64,000 nucleotides of DNA from an uncultured Gammaproteobacteria bacterium (GCA_964470695.1 CAYYDR010000002.1:136401-200400), one strand, 5' to 3'. Counted from the first letter of the stretch, positions 17,791-27,500 are shown. Numbers and translations: made by a program. Notes: a model not told the origin generated them from the sequence alone.

Positions 17791-19548
17791 ATGGAAAGAC
17801 CGGAACAATTATTAAGCCTGCTGCAGAGTAAAAATATTATTGATGCGGCCAAGGCTGAAGAAATAAAGAAGATTATTTTGAAGAACAAGGAGAGCCTGAG
17901 TTCTTTTTTAATCGGCCAGAAAATAGTTGATGAAGAGAAATTAGCGGAGTTGTCGGCGGAGCTTTATAATCTCCCTTATTCTAATTTAATGAACGAGGAG
18001 GTCCCTGAAGCAACCCTGAATTTTTTACCAGAAGAAATCGCCAAGACTTATCAGATTATCTGTTTCGGCCGGGAAAATAAAATTTTGAAAGTCGGGATGA
18101 TAGAGCCGAATCTTAAAGCAATGGAGGCGATAAACTTTTTAGCGACTGATGAAAAGCTTCAGGTCCAATACTATTTAGTGTCGCGCAGCAGCTGGGCTAA
18201 AGTTTTTAAACAATATCAGAAAATTGAAGAAGAAATTTCCAGCGCTTTAGAGGTTAGAGCCAAGGAAGAAGGGGAGGAACTAGTCGCGGTTAAAACGGAA
18301 AATGAAGAAATTAATACAGAAGATATCAATAGCGCGCCGGTATCGCGTATCGTTTCAGTTATTATCCGTCACGCGGTTGAAGCGCGCGCTTCCGATATCC
18401 ATATTGAAACTTTCGGCAAGGACAGCCGCGTCCGCTATCGTATTGATGGTATTCTGCACACTTCTTTAACTCTGCCGAAGAGCATTCATAACTCTATTAT
18501 TGCCCGTATTAAAGTCATGGCTAAATTGAAGTTAGATGAAACCCGCGTCCCGCAAGATGGCCGTATCCGCCTCGTAGTTAATAATCGGGAAATTGATTTT
18601 CGTGTTTCTACTTTGCCGCTTGCCTCTAATGAAAAAGTCGTAATGAGAATTTTGGATGTGTCTAAGGGAGCTCCGAGCTTAGAGGGGCTGGGCTTCAATA
18701 AGCTTTCTCTGCGCCGTATCAGTAACGGTATGAAGAAGACGAGCGGAATTTTCTTAGTGACTGGGCCGACGGGAAGCGGTAAAACAACGACTTTGTACGC
18801 CATGCTTAATATTCTTAACCAAGAGGGGGTTAACATTTCTACTCTGGAAGATCCGATTGAATATGAAGTAAAAGGGATTAACCAGTCCCAGGTCAGGCCG
18901 AAAATCGGCTTCTCCTTCGCTAATGGTTTGCGTTCTCTTTTGCGCCAAGATCCTAATATTATCATGGTCGGAGAAATCCGCGACGAAGAAACTGCGGAAT
19001 TATCAATTAACGCTTCTTTAACCGGTCACTTGGTCTTATCTACTTTGCATACTAACGATGCTTTAGGCGCGGTTTTCCGTCTTTTAGATATGAAGATAGA
19101 GCGTTTTTTACTATCCTCTACCTTAAAGACAGTAGTAGCTCAGCGTCTGGCGCGTCGTCTCTGCGAGAATTGCAAGCAGGAAGCTAAGCTTAGCCCAGAA
19201 GCGGTTGATGATGTTATCGCGGAATTAAAGAAAGTCCCGCTCTCTATTGTCCAGGAAGAATTACCGGGATTTACTACGCCAGAAACAGTTCTAGATACCC
19301 ATAAAACCTATAAGGCCGTCGGCTGCCAGCGCTGTGAAAATACGGGCTACTCTAATCGCGTCGCCATTACCGAAGTAATTGAAATAAACGATCAGCTGCG
19401 CGATTTAATTGATAAGGGCGATAAGAATTTAAATATTGAAGTAGTTAAATCTTTAGAAGATTTTATTTCTATTAAGCAGGACGGTATTATGAAAGTCTTG
19501 CAAGGGCAGACAACGATGGAAGAAATTTTAAGAGTCATTGAGAGCTAA
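17791..19548 (+). CDS. pilB: Type IV pilus extension ATPase PilB/GspE family
   Basis: N-terminal GSPII_E_N-like domain, Walker A GPTGSGKTT, Asp box, Walker B, His box (LVLSTLHTNDA) and tetracysteine CENCK...CQRCENTGY. Confidence 0.9.
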   Translation: MERPEQLLSLLQSKNIIDAAKAEEIKKIILKNKESLSSFLIGQKIVDEEKLAELSAELYNLPYSNLMNEEVPEATLNFLPEEIAKTYQIICFGRENKILKVGMIEPNLKAMEAINFLATDEKLQVQYYLVSRSSWAKVFKQYQKIEEEISSALEVRAKEEGEELVAVKTENEEINTEDINSAPVSRIVSVIIRHAVEARASDIHIETFGKDSRVRYRIDGILHTSLTLPKSIHNSIIARIKVMAKLKLDETRVPQDGRIRLVVNNREIDFRVSTLPLASNEKVVMRILDVSKGAPSLEGLGFNKLSLRRISNGMKKTSGIFLVTGPTGSGKTTTLYAMLNILNQEGVNISTLEDPIEYEVKGINQSQVRPKIGFSFANGLRSLLRQDPNIIMVGEIRDEETAELSINASLTGHLVLSTLHTNDALGAVFRLLDMKIERFLLSSTLKTVVAQRLARRLCENCKQEAKLSPEAVDDVIAELKKVPLSIVQEELPGFTTPETVLDTHKTYKAVGCQRCENTGYSNRVAITEVIEINDQLRDLIDKGDKNLNIEVVKSLEDFISIKQDGIMKVLQGQTTMEEILRVIES

Positions 19549-19559
19549 TCATTAATTAT

Positions 19560-20765
19560 ATGGCCATCTTTCAATACACAGCGGAGAATTCTAACGGACA
19601 GACCAAAAAGGGCAAGGTCGTTGGCTTATCGGAGAGCGAGTCAATCCAGAAATTACGTAAAAAAGATTTGAACGTAATCAGTATTCGGGATGTTACCGAC
19701 GAGCCGCTCAGCCGTTTTTCACAACTCATCGCGCCGATTAAGAATAAGGACCTGGTTATTTTCGCCCGGCAATTTTCGGTTATGATTTCCGCTAATGTCC
19801 CGGTTGTAGAATCGCTCATGGTCTTAATTGACCAGACCAATAACTTATCTTTGAAAAATTTAATTGCCGGCATCGCTTTTGATGTGGACGGCGGTGCCTT
19901 CTTATCCGACGCCTTCGCTAAGCACCCGAAAATATTTTCCGAGTTTTTCGTTAACATTGTCCGGTCCGGTGAAACTTCCGGTAAATTAGATGAAGTACTT
20001 AATTATTTAGCGGATGAAATGGAAAAGAGTTATGATATGAATTCTAAAATAAGGGGAGCGATGATTTATCCGATTTTTATTATCGCCGCTTTATTTGGGG
20101 TCGGCATTGTTTTAATGGTTTATGTTATTCCTAATTTAACTGCGATACTAACCGAGACGGGAGCAGCTTTACCGTTATCAACGCGCTTAGTTATCGGGGC
20201 CTCGGATTTTTTAAGAAATTATAGCTTGTTGCTAATCATCGCTCTAGTCGCCGTTATTGTTTTAGCGCGGCTATATTTAAAAACTTATACCGGCCGCCGG
20301 CAGGCGGATTTATTCAAGATTAAAATGCCGATTTTCGGGCCGCTTTTTAAATATATTTATTTAATGCGTTTTTCCCGCTCGCTCGCCACTTTACTTAAGG
20401 GTGGCGTGACTATTACGCGCAGCTTGGAAATAGTCGCTGATGTAGTCGGCAATACTATTTATAAGGAATTAATTATAGAAACTTTAGAATCAATTAACGA
20501 CGGTAACCCGCTAGCCACTGTTTTTGAAGCTAGTGATTATGTGCCGAAAATGGTGCCGCAGATGATAGCGGTCGGAGAGAGAACTGGTAAGATTGATTCG
20601 GTCTTGGATAGAATTACTTCTTTCTATTCGCGGGAGAGCGGTAATATGCTTGATAATTTAAGCAAGCTGATGGAACCGCTTATTATGGTTATCATGGGTT
20701 TAGGCGTCGGTGTCATGGTCGCGGCGGTCTTATTACCGATGTATAATCTAGCCAGCCAATTCTAG
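19560..20765 (+). CDS. pilC: Type IV pilus platform protein PilC/GspF family
   Basis: Two GspF repeats with 3 TM segments (FARQFSVMISANVPVVESL; FSRSLATLLKGGVTITRSL). Follows pilB. Confidence 0.9.
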   Translation: MAIFQYTAENSNGQTKKGKVVGLSESESIQKLRKKDLNVISIRDVTDEPLSRFSQLIAPIKNKDLVIFARQFSVMISANVPVVESLMVLIDQTNNLSLKNLIAGIAFDVDGGAFLSDAFAKHPKIFSEFFVNIVRSGETSGKLDEVLNYLADEMEKSYDMNSKIRGAMIYPIFIIAALFGVGIVLMVYVIPNLTAILTETGAALPLSTRLVIGASDFLRNYSLLLIIALVAVIVLARLYLKTYTGRRQADLFKIKMPIFGPLFKYIYLMRFSRSLATLLKGGVTITRSLEIVADVVGNTIYKELIIETLESINDGNPLATVFEASDYVPKMVPQMIAVGERTGKIDSVLDRITSFYSRESGNMLDNLSKLMEPLIMVIMGLGVGVMVAAVLLPMYNLASQF

Positions 20766-20948
20766 TAGTTAGAGGTCGGAGAGGCGCGAATGTATTGTGC
20801 TTAAAAATAGTTAATGCTATAATTAATTATTATACGGACTAGAGTATAATTTTAACTTTCAATTAATTTAATTTATAATTTTAAATTCGCGCCGGCTGGC
20901 TTGCTTAAAAAGCGAGACAGGTAGCGCTGATTTGAGGGGAGGTGACTT

Positions 20949-21407
20949 ATGAAAAATAATAAGAAAGGTTTTACCTTAATTGAGTTGTTGGTAGTCATCG
21001 CCATTATCGGCTTGCTATCAACTCTCTCCATCCTAGCCTTAAACTCGGCTAGAGCGCGCGCCCGCGATGCTAAGCGTATTGCTGACGTTAAGCAGATTCA
21101 AACCGCTTTGGAAATGTTCTACAATGACACTGGCAATTATCCTATTGCCGCTTCCAGTACTTTGTTCACCAGCGGTGGTCAAATCGCTAGTGCTAACGGA
21201 GTTTATATGAGAGCCATACCGCTTCCACCTACCCCTAATGATGGTTCTTGCCCTCCGGCTGACGCTTATACCTATACATATACAGCGGGTAGCGGTGGCA
21301 CTGGTTCAGCCTCTACTTATGGTGTCGCTTATTGTCTTGGTGCTTCCATTAATTCTATCCCGGCCGGCTCCATTCAGACCGCTGGTCCGTCAGGAATGAA
21401 GCAGTAG
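20949..21407 (+). CDS. Type IV major pilin (copy 1)
   Basis: Class III signal MKNNKKG|FTLIELLVVIAIIGLLSTL. Strong SD (gaggggaggtga) 4 nt upstream. C-terminal Cys pair. Confidence 0.9.
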   Translation: MKNNKKGFTLIELLVVIAIIGLLSTLSILALNSARARARDAKRIADVKQIQTALEMFYNDTGNYPIAASSTLFTSGGQIASANGVYMRAIPLPPTPNDGSCPPADAYTYTYTAGSGGTGSASTYGVAYCLGASINSIPAGSIQTAGPSGMKQ

Positions 21408-21438
21408 AATTTGGTTTTGTAAAATAAGAGATTCTCAT

Positions 21439-21464
21439 AAAAGAACCCGTCAGGGTTCTTTTTG
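21439..21464 (+). terminator. Intrinsic terminator after pilin copy 1
   Basis: aaAAGAACCCgtcaGGGTTCTTttt. Confidence 0.7.
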
Positions 21465-21487
21465 GTTAGTAGAACACTTACTAGTTA

Positions 21488-21516
21488 TTGTGACCATTTT
21501 TAATTAGTGATATAAT
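21488..21516 (+). promoter_or_regulatory. Sigma70-type promoter of pilin copy 2
   Basis: TTGTGA-N17-TATAAT (21488-21493 and 21511-21516). Confidence 0.5.
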
Positions 21517-21547
21517 TTAAATATTAATTAGTTTGGTCAAAATTATT

Positions 21548-22027
21548 ATGCAGGAGATAAAAAATTATATTACTAAAACACCAAAAGGTTTTACCTTAAT
21601 TGAGTTGTTGGTAGTCATCGCCATTATCGGCTTGCTATCAACTCTCTCCATCCTAGCCTTAAACTCGGCTAGAGCGCGCGCCCGCGATGCTAAGCGTATT
21701 GCTGACGTTAAGCAGATTCAAACCGCTTTGGAAATGTTCTACAATGACACTGGTAATTATCCAGTCGCTGCTTCCAGTACCTTGTTCTCCGGCGGCGGGC
21801 AGATTGGCAGCGCTAATGGCGTTTATATGAAGGCGATTCCTAAACCGCCTACTCCTAACGATGGCGGTTGTCCTCCGGCTGACGCTTATACCTATACATA
21901 CACGGCGGGCGGCGGCGGCACCGGTTCAGCTGCTACCTATGGTATTGCTTACTGCATAGGTGCTTCCATTAATTCTATCCCGGCCGGCTCCATTCAGACC
22001 GCTGGACCATCAGGAATGAAGCAGTAG
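21548..22027 (+). CDS. Type IV major pilin (copy 2, longer leader, no obvious SD)
   Basis: MQEIKNYITKTPKG|FTLIELLVVIAIIGLLSTL. The ATG at 21548 is preferred over the TTG at 21533 given in the ORF track. Confidence 0.85.
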   Translation: MQEIKNYITKTPKGFTLIELLVVIAIIGLLSTLSILALNSARARARDAKRIADVKQIQTALEMFYNDTGNYPVAASSTLFSGGGQIGSANGVYMKAIPKPPTPNDGGCPPADAYTYTYTAGGGGTGSAATYGIAYCIGASINSIPAGSIQTAGPSGMKQ

Positions 22028-22058
22028 AATTTGGTTTTGTAAAATAAGAGATTCTCAT

Positions 22059-22084
22059 AAAAGAACCCGTCAAGGTTCTTTTTG
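22059..22084 (+). terminator. Intrinsic terminator after pilin copy 2
   Basis: aaAAGAACCCgtcaAGGTTCTTttt, a duplicate of the 21439 terminator with one change. Confidence 0.7.
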
Positions 22085-22152
22085 GTTAGTTTGGTTAAAA
22101 GTAGTTCCAGCTATCTTTTGTTGACTTAAGGTTTTTAGGCTATAATTTAGCT

Positions 22153-23175
22153 ATGCCATTATTTTATCAGACAGACAATCAGCAGCTGGATAAATTTATA
22201 AACCAGGCTTCTCAGGCCGCCGGGTCGGAGTTTGCTTGGCTCGGTTCGGAATATTTACAATCCTGGGCCTGGGGAGAAATTTTAAAAGCGGAGGGAGAAA
22301 CTATTATTAGAGTCGGCTGGCGGGCGGAAAATGAAAATAAAATTTTAGCCGCGGCTACGCTAGTCAAAAAATCTTTAGGGGCTGGATATTATTATTGGTA
22401 CGCGCCGCGCGGTCCGATTTTTAACATAGCTAATCAGGCGGAGGCGGAAAAAGCCAGGAGAGATTTTTTGGGGGCGATAAAAGGGATTGACCCTAAAGCT
22501 TTATTTTTAAGGATTGAACCGAATTTTGAATTAGATAAAAACAAGGATCTTAAAAAAGATTTAAGCGTTAAACCTAGTTTAGCCCTGCAGCCTAAACAGA
22601 CATTAGTTTTAGATTTGAAAAAGAGCGCTGAGGAACTCTTAGTGGAAATGCATCAGAAGACTAGATATAATATCCGTCTAGCAGAGAAAAGGGGAGTAAT
22701 TATAAGAGAGGGGTGGGTAGCGGATAACGCGGAATTTTGGCGGCTCATGAGTTTAACTAGTGAGCGGGACGGCTTCCGTTTGCACGGAGCCGAGCATTAT
22801 AAAAATCTTTTAGGAGCTGATTCTAGATTTATTAAACTATTTCTGGCGAGCTATGAGGGGCGCAATATTGCGGCCGGCTTATTCTGTTTTTGGGGCGGCC
22901 GGGCGACTTATTTGCACGGCGCTTCAGATAATGAAGCGCGTAATTTAATGGCCCCGTATTTATTGCAATGGGAAGTTATTAAGCGCGCTAAAGAGGCGGG
23001 CCAGATGGCCTATGATTTTTATGGTATTGATGAGAAAAAATGGCCGGGCGTAACGCGATTTAAGCGGGGTTTTGGCGGCCGGGTTATTAATTATCCGGGG
23101 ACTTATGATATTATTTTTCAGCCAGCGGCTTATAAAATTTATAGCTGGCTGAGGAAATTAAGGAGACTAGTATGA
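22153..23175 (+). CDS. FemAB-family peptidoglycan interpeptide-bridge aminoacyltransferase
   Basis: 340 aa. LHGASDNEARNLMAPYLLQWEVIKRAKEAGQMAYDFYGI is typical of FemX/MurM-type enzymes. Confidence 0.8.
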   Translation: MPLFYQTDNQQLDKFINQASQAAGSEFAWLGSEYLQSWAWGEILKAEGETIIRVGWRAENENKILAAATLVKKSLGAGYYYWYAPRGPIFNIANQAEAEKARRDFLGAIKGIDPKALFLRIEPNFELDKNKDLKKDLSVKPSLALQPKQTLVLDLKKSAEELLVEMHQKTRYNIRLAEKRGVIIREGWVADNAEFWRLMSLTSERDGFRLHGAEHYKNLLGADSRFIKLFLASYEGRNIAAGLFCFWGGRATYLHGASDNEARNLMAPYLLQWEVIKRAKEAGQMAYDFYGIDEKKWPGVTRFKRGFGGRVINYPGTYDIIFQPAAYKIYSWLRKLRRLV

Positions 23176-23179
23176 AACA

Positions 23180-23250
23180 AAAAATCCCCCGATTAGGGAG
23201 ATTTTTATGATTCCGTTGCAGTTCTTTTATTTGGACCCAAACCTGACTTT
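23180..23250 (-). ncRNA. Putative short RNA unit, copy A (minus-strand promoter to bidirectional terminator)
   Basis: Minus strand: TTGACC-N16-TATAAT (plus 23276-23281 and 23254-23259), then ~65 nt ending in hairpin aaaaaUCUCCCUaaucGGGGGAUuuuuu (23180-23206). The same hairpin terminates the plus-strand FemAB gene. Confidence 0.3.
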
Positions 23251-23282
23251 ATTATTATAGCATAATAAGTATTTAGGTCAAT

Positions 23283-23355
23283 TGTGGACCCGTGGGGAGT
23301 TGAACCCCAGGAACCTAAATGTCAGGTCTAGGTCCGGAACCGCTCCCGGACCCAC
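23283..23355 (-). ncRNA. Non-canonical tRNA-like element, copy A
   Basis: Minus strand: GGGUCCG...UGGGG-UUCAACU-CCCCA-CGGGUCC-A. It has a 7-bp acceptor-like stem, a canonical-looking T arm and a GG-containing D-like hairpin. It is only ~69 nt, has no U33/purine-37 anticodon loop, and CCA is not encoded. Confidence 0.35.
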
Positions 23356-23424
23356 GCCGTAAATCATGGTAGCATGGCGAGCCTGAAATAAATTTAAATT
23401 TTTTCTAAAGGAATATTTTATTTT

Positions 23425-23931
23425 ATGATAGAAATAAATAATCAAACAAAACAAAAAATTAATTCAAAAATTATTGTCCAACTGGCAGAGTATTTTTTGC
23501 GAGTTTATAAAAAAAGTGCTTGGTCGGTATCGCTAGCTTTAGTCGGGCTGACCCGGATTAAGCAGTTAAATCGTGATTATCGAGGCATTAATAAGGCGAC
23601 AGATGTTTTATCTTTTGTGAATGAGTCAGATTCAAACGCGGCCGGCTTAAATGCGCCGGGCGAGACCATTAAGCAGAAGTACTTAGGCGAAATAGTGATT
23701 AATTTAGCGGAAACGGTTAAGACTAATAAATATAAGGTGATGTTAGGCGAAATAGGCTTGGATTTTAAAAAATATGGGCAAAAGCCTAAGGCGGGAAGAC
23801 GCGATAATTATATTTTTTATTTTCTTTTAATTCATGGTCTGCTGCATTTAGTCGGCTATGACGACGCGACGGAAAAGGGGCGTCTTGAGATGATGCAATT
23901 AGGGAAGAAGTTTTTAGCGAAATACTTGTAG
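23425..23931 (+). CDS. ybeY: rRNA maturation endoribonuclease YbeY
   Basis: C-terminal Zn motif HGLLHLVGYDD (HxxxHxxGxxH family). 168 aa. Confidence 0.85.
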   Translation: MIEINNQTKQKINSKIIVQLAEYFLRVYKKSAWSVSLALVGLTRIKQLNRDYRGINKATDVLSFVNESDSNAAGLNAPGETIKQKYLGEIVINLAETVKTNKYKVMLGEIGLDFKKYGQKPKAGRRDNYIFYFLLIHGLLHLVGYDDATEKGRLEMMQLGKKFLAKYL

Positions 23932-23940
23932 AGCAAAAAT

Positions 23941-24018
23941 AAAAAATCCCCTTCAGGGGATTTTCTTGAGTCTCGGAATAAACGCCCGTGTGAGCCCAGT
24001 CTTGACAGTATTATTATA
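23941..24018 (-). ncRNA. Putative short RNA unit, copy C (terminator-proximal module without a tRNA-like partner)
   Basis: Plus strand: aaaaaaUCCCCttcaGGGGAttttc (terminator for ybeY), then ...cttgacagtattattatagca. The minus strand has TATAAT at 24013-24018 but only a weak -35. Confidence 0.25.
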
Positions 24019-24086
24019 GCAAAAAATATTTTTTTTGGAAAAGTTTAACCAGGATTTTTTTTAAAAAAAGTGTTATAATATATTTA

Positions 24087-24497
24087 ATGAGAAAGTTAAA
24101 AAATACACAAATTAATCAGCCGAGTTTAATGTCAAAAAAGGGGAGTGCTTTAATTTTGACTATGTTCATCATGGCCGGCATGATTATTGTCGCTTTCAGC
24201 GGCGCCTATGTAGTTTTTTTAGGAATTAAGAGCGGTGGCATTCAGGCGCAATCTACTAAGGCTTATTATGCGGCGGAGTCTGGCGCGGAAAGGTTGCTTT
24301 GGGAGCTGCGCCAGAATGGCCATGAATATAGTGATGTTTCTGAGGAGGAAGTTATATTCAGCGGGCAGCTACCGTCTAGCACGGGTAGCCAAGCTAAGTA
24401 TAATGTTTATTTTTATTCTTTTCCGCCCTTAGTTTTTCGGTCCATCGGCGAATATCAGGCGTCTAGACGCAGCGTAGAAATACGCATTGGCGAATAG
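24087..24497 (+). CDS. PilX-like minor pilin / pilus assembly protein (PilX N-terminal domain)
   Basis: KKGSALILTMFIMAGMIIVAFSG...STKAYYAAESGAERLLWEL resembles the PilX_N pattern (GSALxxxL hydrophobic helix ... AxyxAEAGxE). Confidence 0.6.
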   Translation: MRKLKNTQINQPSLMSKKGSALILTMFIMAGMIIVAFSGAYVVFLGIKSGGIQAQSTKAYYAAESGAERLLWELRQNGHEYSDVSEEEVIFSGQLPSSTGSQAKYNVYFYSFPPLVFRSIGEYQASRRSVEIRIGE

Positions 24498-24532
24498 GTT
24501 TTATTCTCCGCTACTATCAGCCGATTTCCCCC

Positions 24533-24561
24533 TTGGCAGTTAGGGGGAGAAATGGTATAAT
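24533..24561 (+). promoter_or_regulatory. Promoter of giant gene 1 (TTGGCA-N17-TATAAT with TGn extended -10)
   Basis: cTTGGCAgttagggggagaaaTGgTATAATttt. A near-identical arrangement lies upstream of giant gene 2 (48477..48505). Confidence 0.6.
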
Positions 24562-24594
24562 TTTAATATATTGTTAGCCTGTTATAATATTTTG

Positions 24595-27500
24595 ATGTCT
24601 TTATTTTCCGGACGGAAATTAAGAATTATTTCTTCCACTTTTTTATTAAGTGTGGCTTTTTTATTTTGGCTATTTGTGCCGTCAGTTCAGGCTTTCCACG
24701 CTACTTCTTCCTACAACAAACCAACCAACGGAACTTTGACTTCGTCTAACTGGAATGATTTGTTTAGCGACTTCGTAAATACTTGGTTGCCGACAACCAT
24801 GAATGGTCCGCTTGGCATTGGGACGACTATCCCGCCCTCATCCGGTTTATTAGTTAATGGCCCAGTTAATGCTTTAAATATTTATTCTACTAGCAATGTC
24901 GGAATTGGGAAAACTAATCCCGGTTCAGCTTTAGATTTAATCGGCAGTATTAATTCCTCGGGAACAGTTAATGGCACGGGCCTCTGTATTGCTAATGATT
25001 GTAAAGTTTCTTGGCCAGCCGTCGGCGCGGCTTCTTCGGGCTGGACCCAGAGCGGACTAACCTTATATAAGACGGATGTAAATGGCAATGTCGGTATTGG
25101 TACGCCAACCCCGACTCAGAAGTTAACCGTGACCGGAATTATTGAATCTACTAGCGGCGGTTTTAAATTTCCGGACGGAACAGTCCAGATTACGGCAGGG
25201 GGCGGCGGAGCTAGCCAGTGGGTTTCCGCTTCGTCTACATCTATATATTATAATGGCGGTCGTGTCGGCATAGGGACAACTAATCCAGCCTCTACCTTAG
25301 ATGTCGGCGGTACGGGCATAACCTTAGGCGGCGTGACTAGAACGACTTGGCCAGGCGGCGCCGGTTCGGGCTTCGGTACTGACGCGGGCACTTACGCTTA
25401 TTACATGGGCGGCAATGTCGGTTTCGGCGTCACTAATCCGACTTCAAGATTGCAAATTTATACTTCCGCTGCTTACGACGGCATTTCAATTGACGGCAAT
25501 AATAGCCCAGCTTTTAAATTAATGAACTCAGGCGTGGCTAAGGGCTATATTGCTTTGCCATCCTCGGCTAATGTTTTTTCCAGTGATGCGGCCGCTAATG
25601 ATTTGGTTATTAGAACAGAAAATGTTTCGCAAAGAATTTTATTTAATGTAAATGGCGGTGGTGCCTCCATGATGGCTTTGAATAATGGGAATGTGGGGAT
25701 AGGGACGACTAATCCTTTGGGCAAATTACAGGTTGAATCAGTGGGCGGGGCTAATACGGGTATTAGATTAAATTTAACGAGTGGAGGCAGTTATGCTCCG
25801 ATTGATTTTTATACCCCGACGGGATTAGCTGGCCAGTTTTTAGCGACGGGCGCCACATTTACTAACGGCGGCTTTAAAGGAGACGAATTAATTTTAGCAA
25901 GCGAACTACCGGCCGGAGGGCTGCACCTTGGAGCAATAGGAGCGTCTGGTTATATTAAATTTACAGCCGGAGGCTTAGCTGAAGTTAATGAAAGAATGAG
26001 AATAAATTCGGCCGGAAATATCGGTATTGCCAAGACAAATCCAGGCACAACTTTAGACATCGTTGGCAGTCTGAGCGCCTCAGGAACTGTTAATGGTACT
26101 GGTCTTTGTATCGCTGGTGATTGTAAGGTTTCTTGGCCGACTATAGTGGCGGCGGGAGGAGGGAATCTCTGGAGTGGCACAACTACGGGCGCGATTTGGA
26201 GCGCTAATAGTGGGAATGTGGGCATCGGGACGACGGCGCCTGAAAATAGTGCGAAGCTAGATGTGAGAGGAAGAATATCAGTAAAAGAAGCCTCAAATGG
26301 AGAATTACAATTTGGGACAACCGCAAATTATGCATTCTTAGAAGCATGGGATGGATCTGCAGACAGAGATCCGAAACTACCTATTCTGTTAAACCCTTGG
26401 GGTGGCAACGTTGGAATAGGGACGACAGCGCCAACAAGTAAATTGCATGTAAAAGGAGATAATGCTTACTTATTAGTAGACAGTGCGGATTATAATAACT
26501 TTTATATTGGTCCAAGAGGATCTAGCGGTGTAGGCTTAGATAAGGCTTATCTGGAACTGAAAGACACGGGAGTAACAAAAATAGCGCTTGATTCTAATGG
26601 CAATACTTATTTCAACGGTGGTAATATTGGGATTGGAACAACAACTCCAATAAGCAAACTGAGCATTCAAGATGCTATTCGTACGGAATTATTAATTGAT
26701 GGCAATACTGGCGGAAGCGCTGATAGTTATGCTTCAGCCTTGGTTTTAAGAAGTAATACGGATTATAGAGGCCGAGGCGTCCTTATGAGTGTTAGAGATG
26801 CTACTGCTGAGTGGTATGCCGGCGTGCCTTATGAAGGAGGGAGCTATCAGATTGCTTATGATCCAACCGCTGGTCAGGGAGAATATAAGGCTAATGCTAA
26901 GTTATATATTAATACAGCTGGTAATGTTGGTATTTCTAAAACTGTTCCCGCGACCACTTTAGATATAGTCGGAGGAGTTAGTTCTACAGGCACAGTTAAC
27001 GGCACTGGTCTCTGTATCTCGGGTGACTGTAAGGTTTCTTGGGCAGCGGTCGGCGCGGCTTCTTCCGGATGGACTCAAAATGGCAATGAAGTTTATAAAA
27101 CAAATACAGCGGGGAATGTGGGGATAGGGACAACGAATCCACAAAGGAAATTACATATTTCCGGTGGAGCCGTATCGCTTGATAACTTTAAGCAATTAGG
27201 GTTAGCAAATTCTTCCGGAACTTTGGATTATTGGCAAATTTTCAGTAACCAGGGCAGCGCTAATGCGTATGGTCCGGCCGATGCATTTGTGATTTATGGT
27301 AATGGTGCTAGCCGTATGGTAGTGGATACTTCCGGCAACGTCGGCGTTGGGACAACAACACCTAGTGCTAAATTGGAAGTATATAATGCTGTTAACCGAA
27401 AAATAAAAATTGATCCGGGTAAAGCTTTGGATGTTGACGGCGAACCGCAGTTAACAATTAGGGAATTTGTCCCTGGCATTAAATTTGAGGATGCTAGTGG

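Larger units (their letters stand above)
20964..22090 (+). repeat. Tandem duplication of the pilin gene plus its terminator (period 620 bp), mosaic identity
   Basis: 20964-21133 matches 21584-21753 with no mismatch seen (170 bp). The 3' ~130 bp including stop and terminator is nearly identical. The central ~200 bp is clearly diverged, with both synonymous and non-synonymous changes. Confidence 0.85.

Noticed and set aside
20949-22027. A diversity-generating retroelement (template/variable repeat) as the explanation for the pilin pair, or for the giant modules.
   Set aside because: No reverse transcriptase is present in the window. The differences between the pilin copies include all substitution types and synonymous changes, not adenine-specific changes.
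23283-23355. Calling the two tRNA-like elements as ordinary tRNA genes (for example tRNA-Met CAU or tRNA-Val GAC), or as the tRNA-like domain of tmRNA.
   Set aside because: - I could find no 5-bp stem plus 7-nt loop with U33 and purine 37 in either copy.
- The length is only ~69 nt.
- The 5' and 3' acceptor strands are only ~55 nt apart, so there is no room for a tmRNA body or tag ORF.
- They are kept as an unresolved tRNA-like ncRNA.
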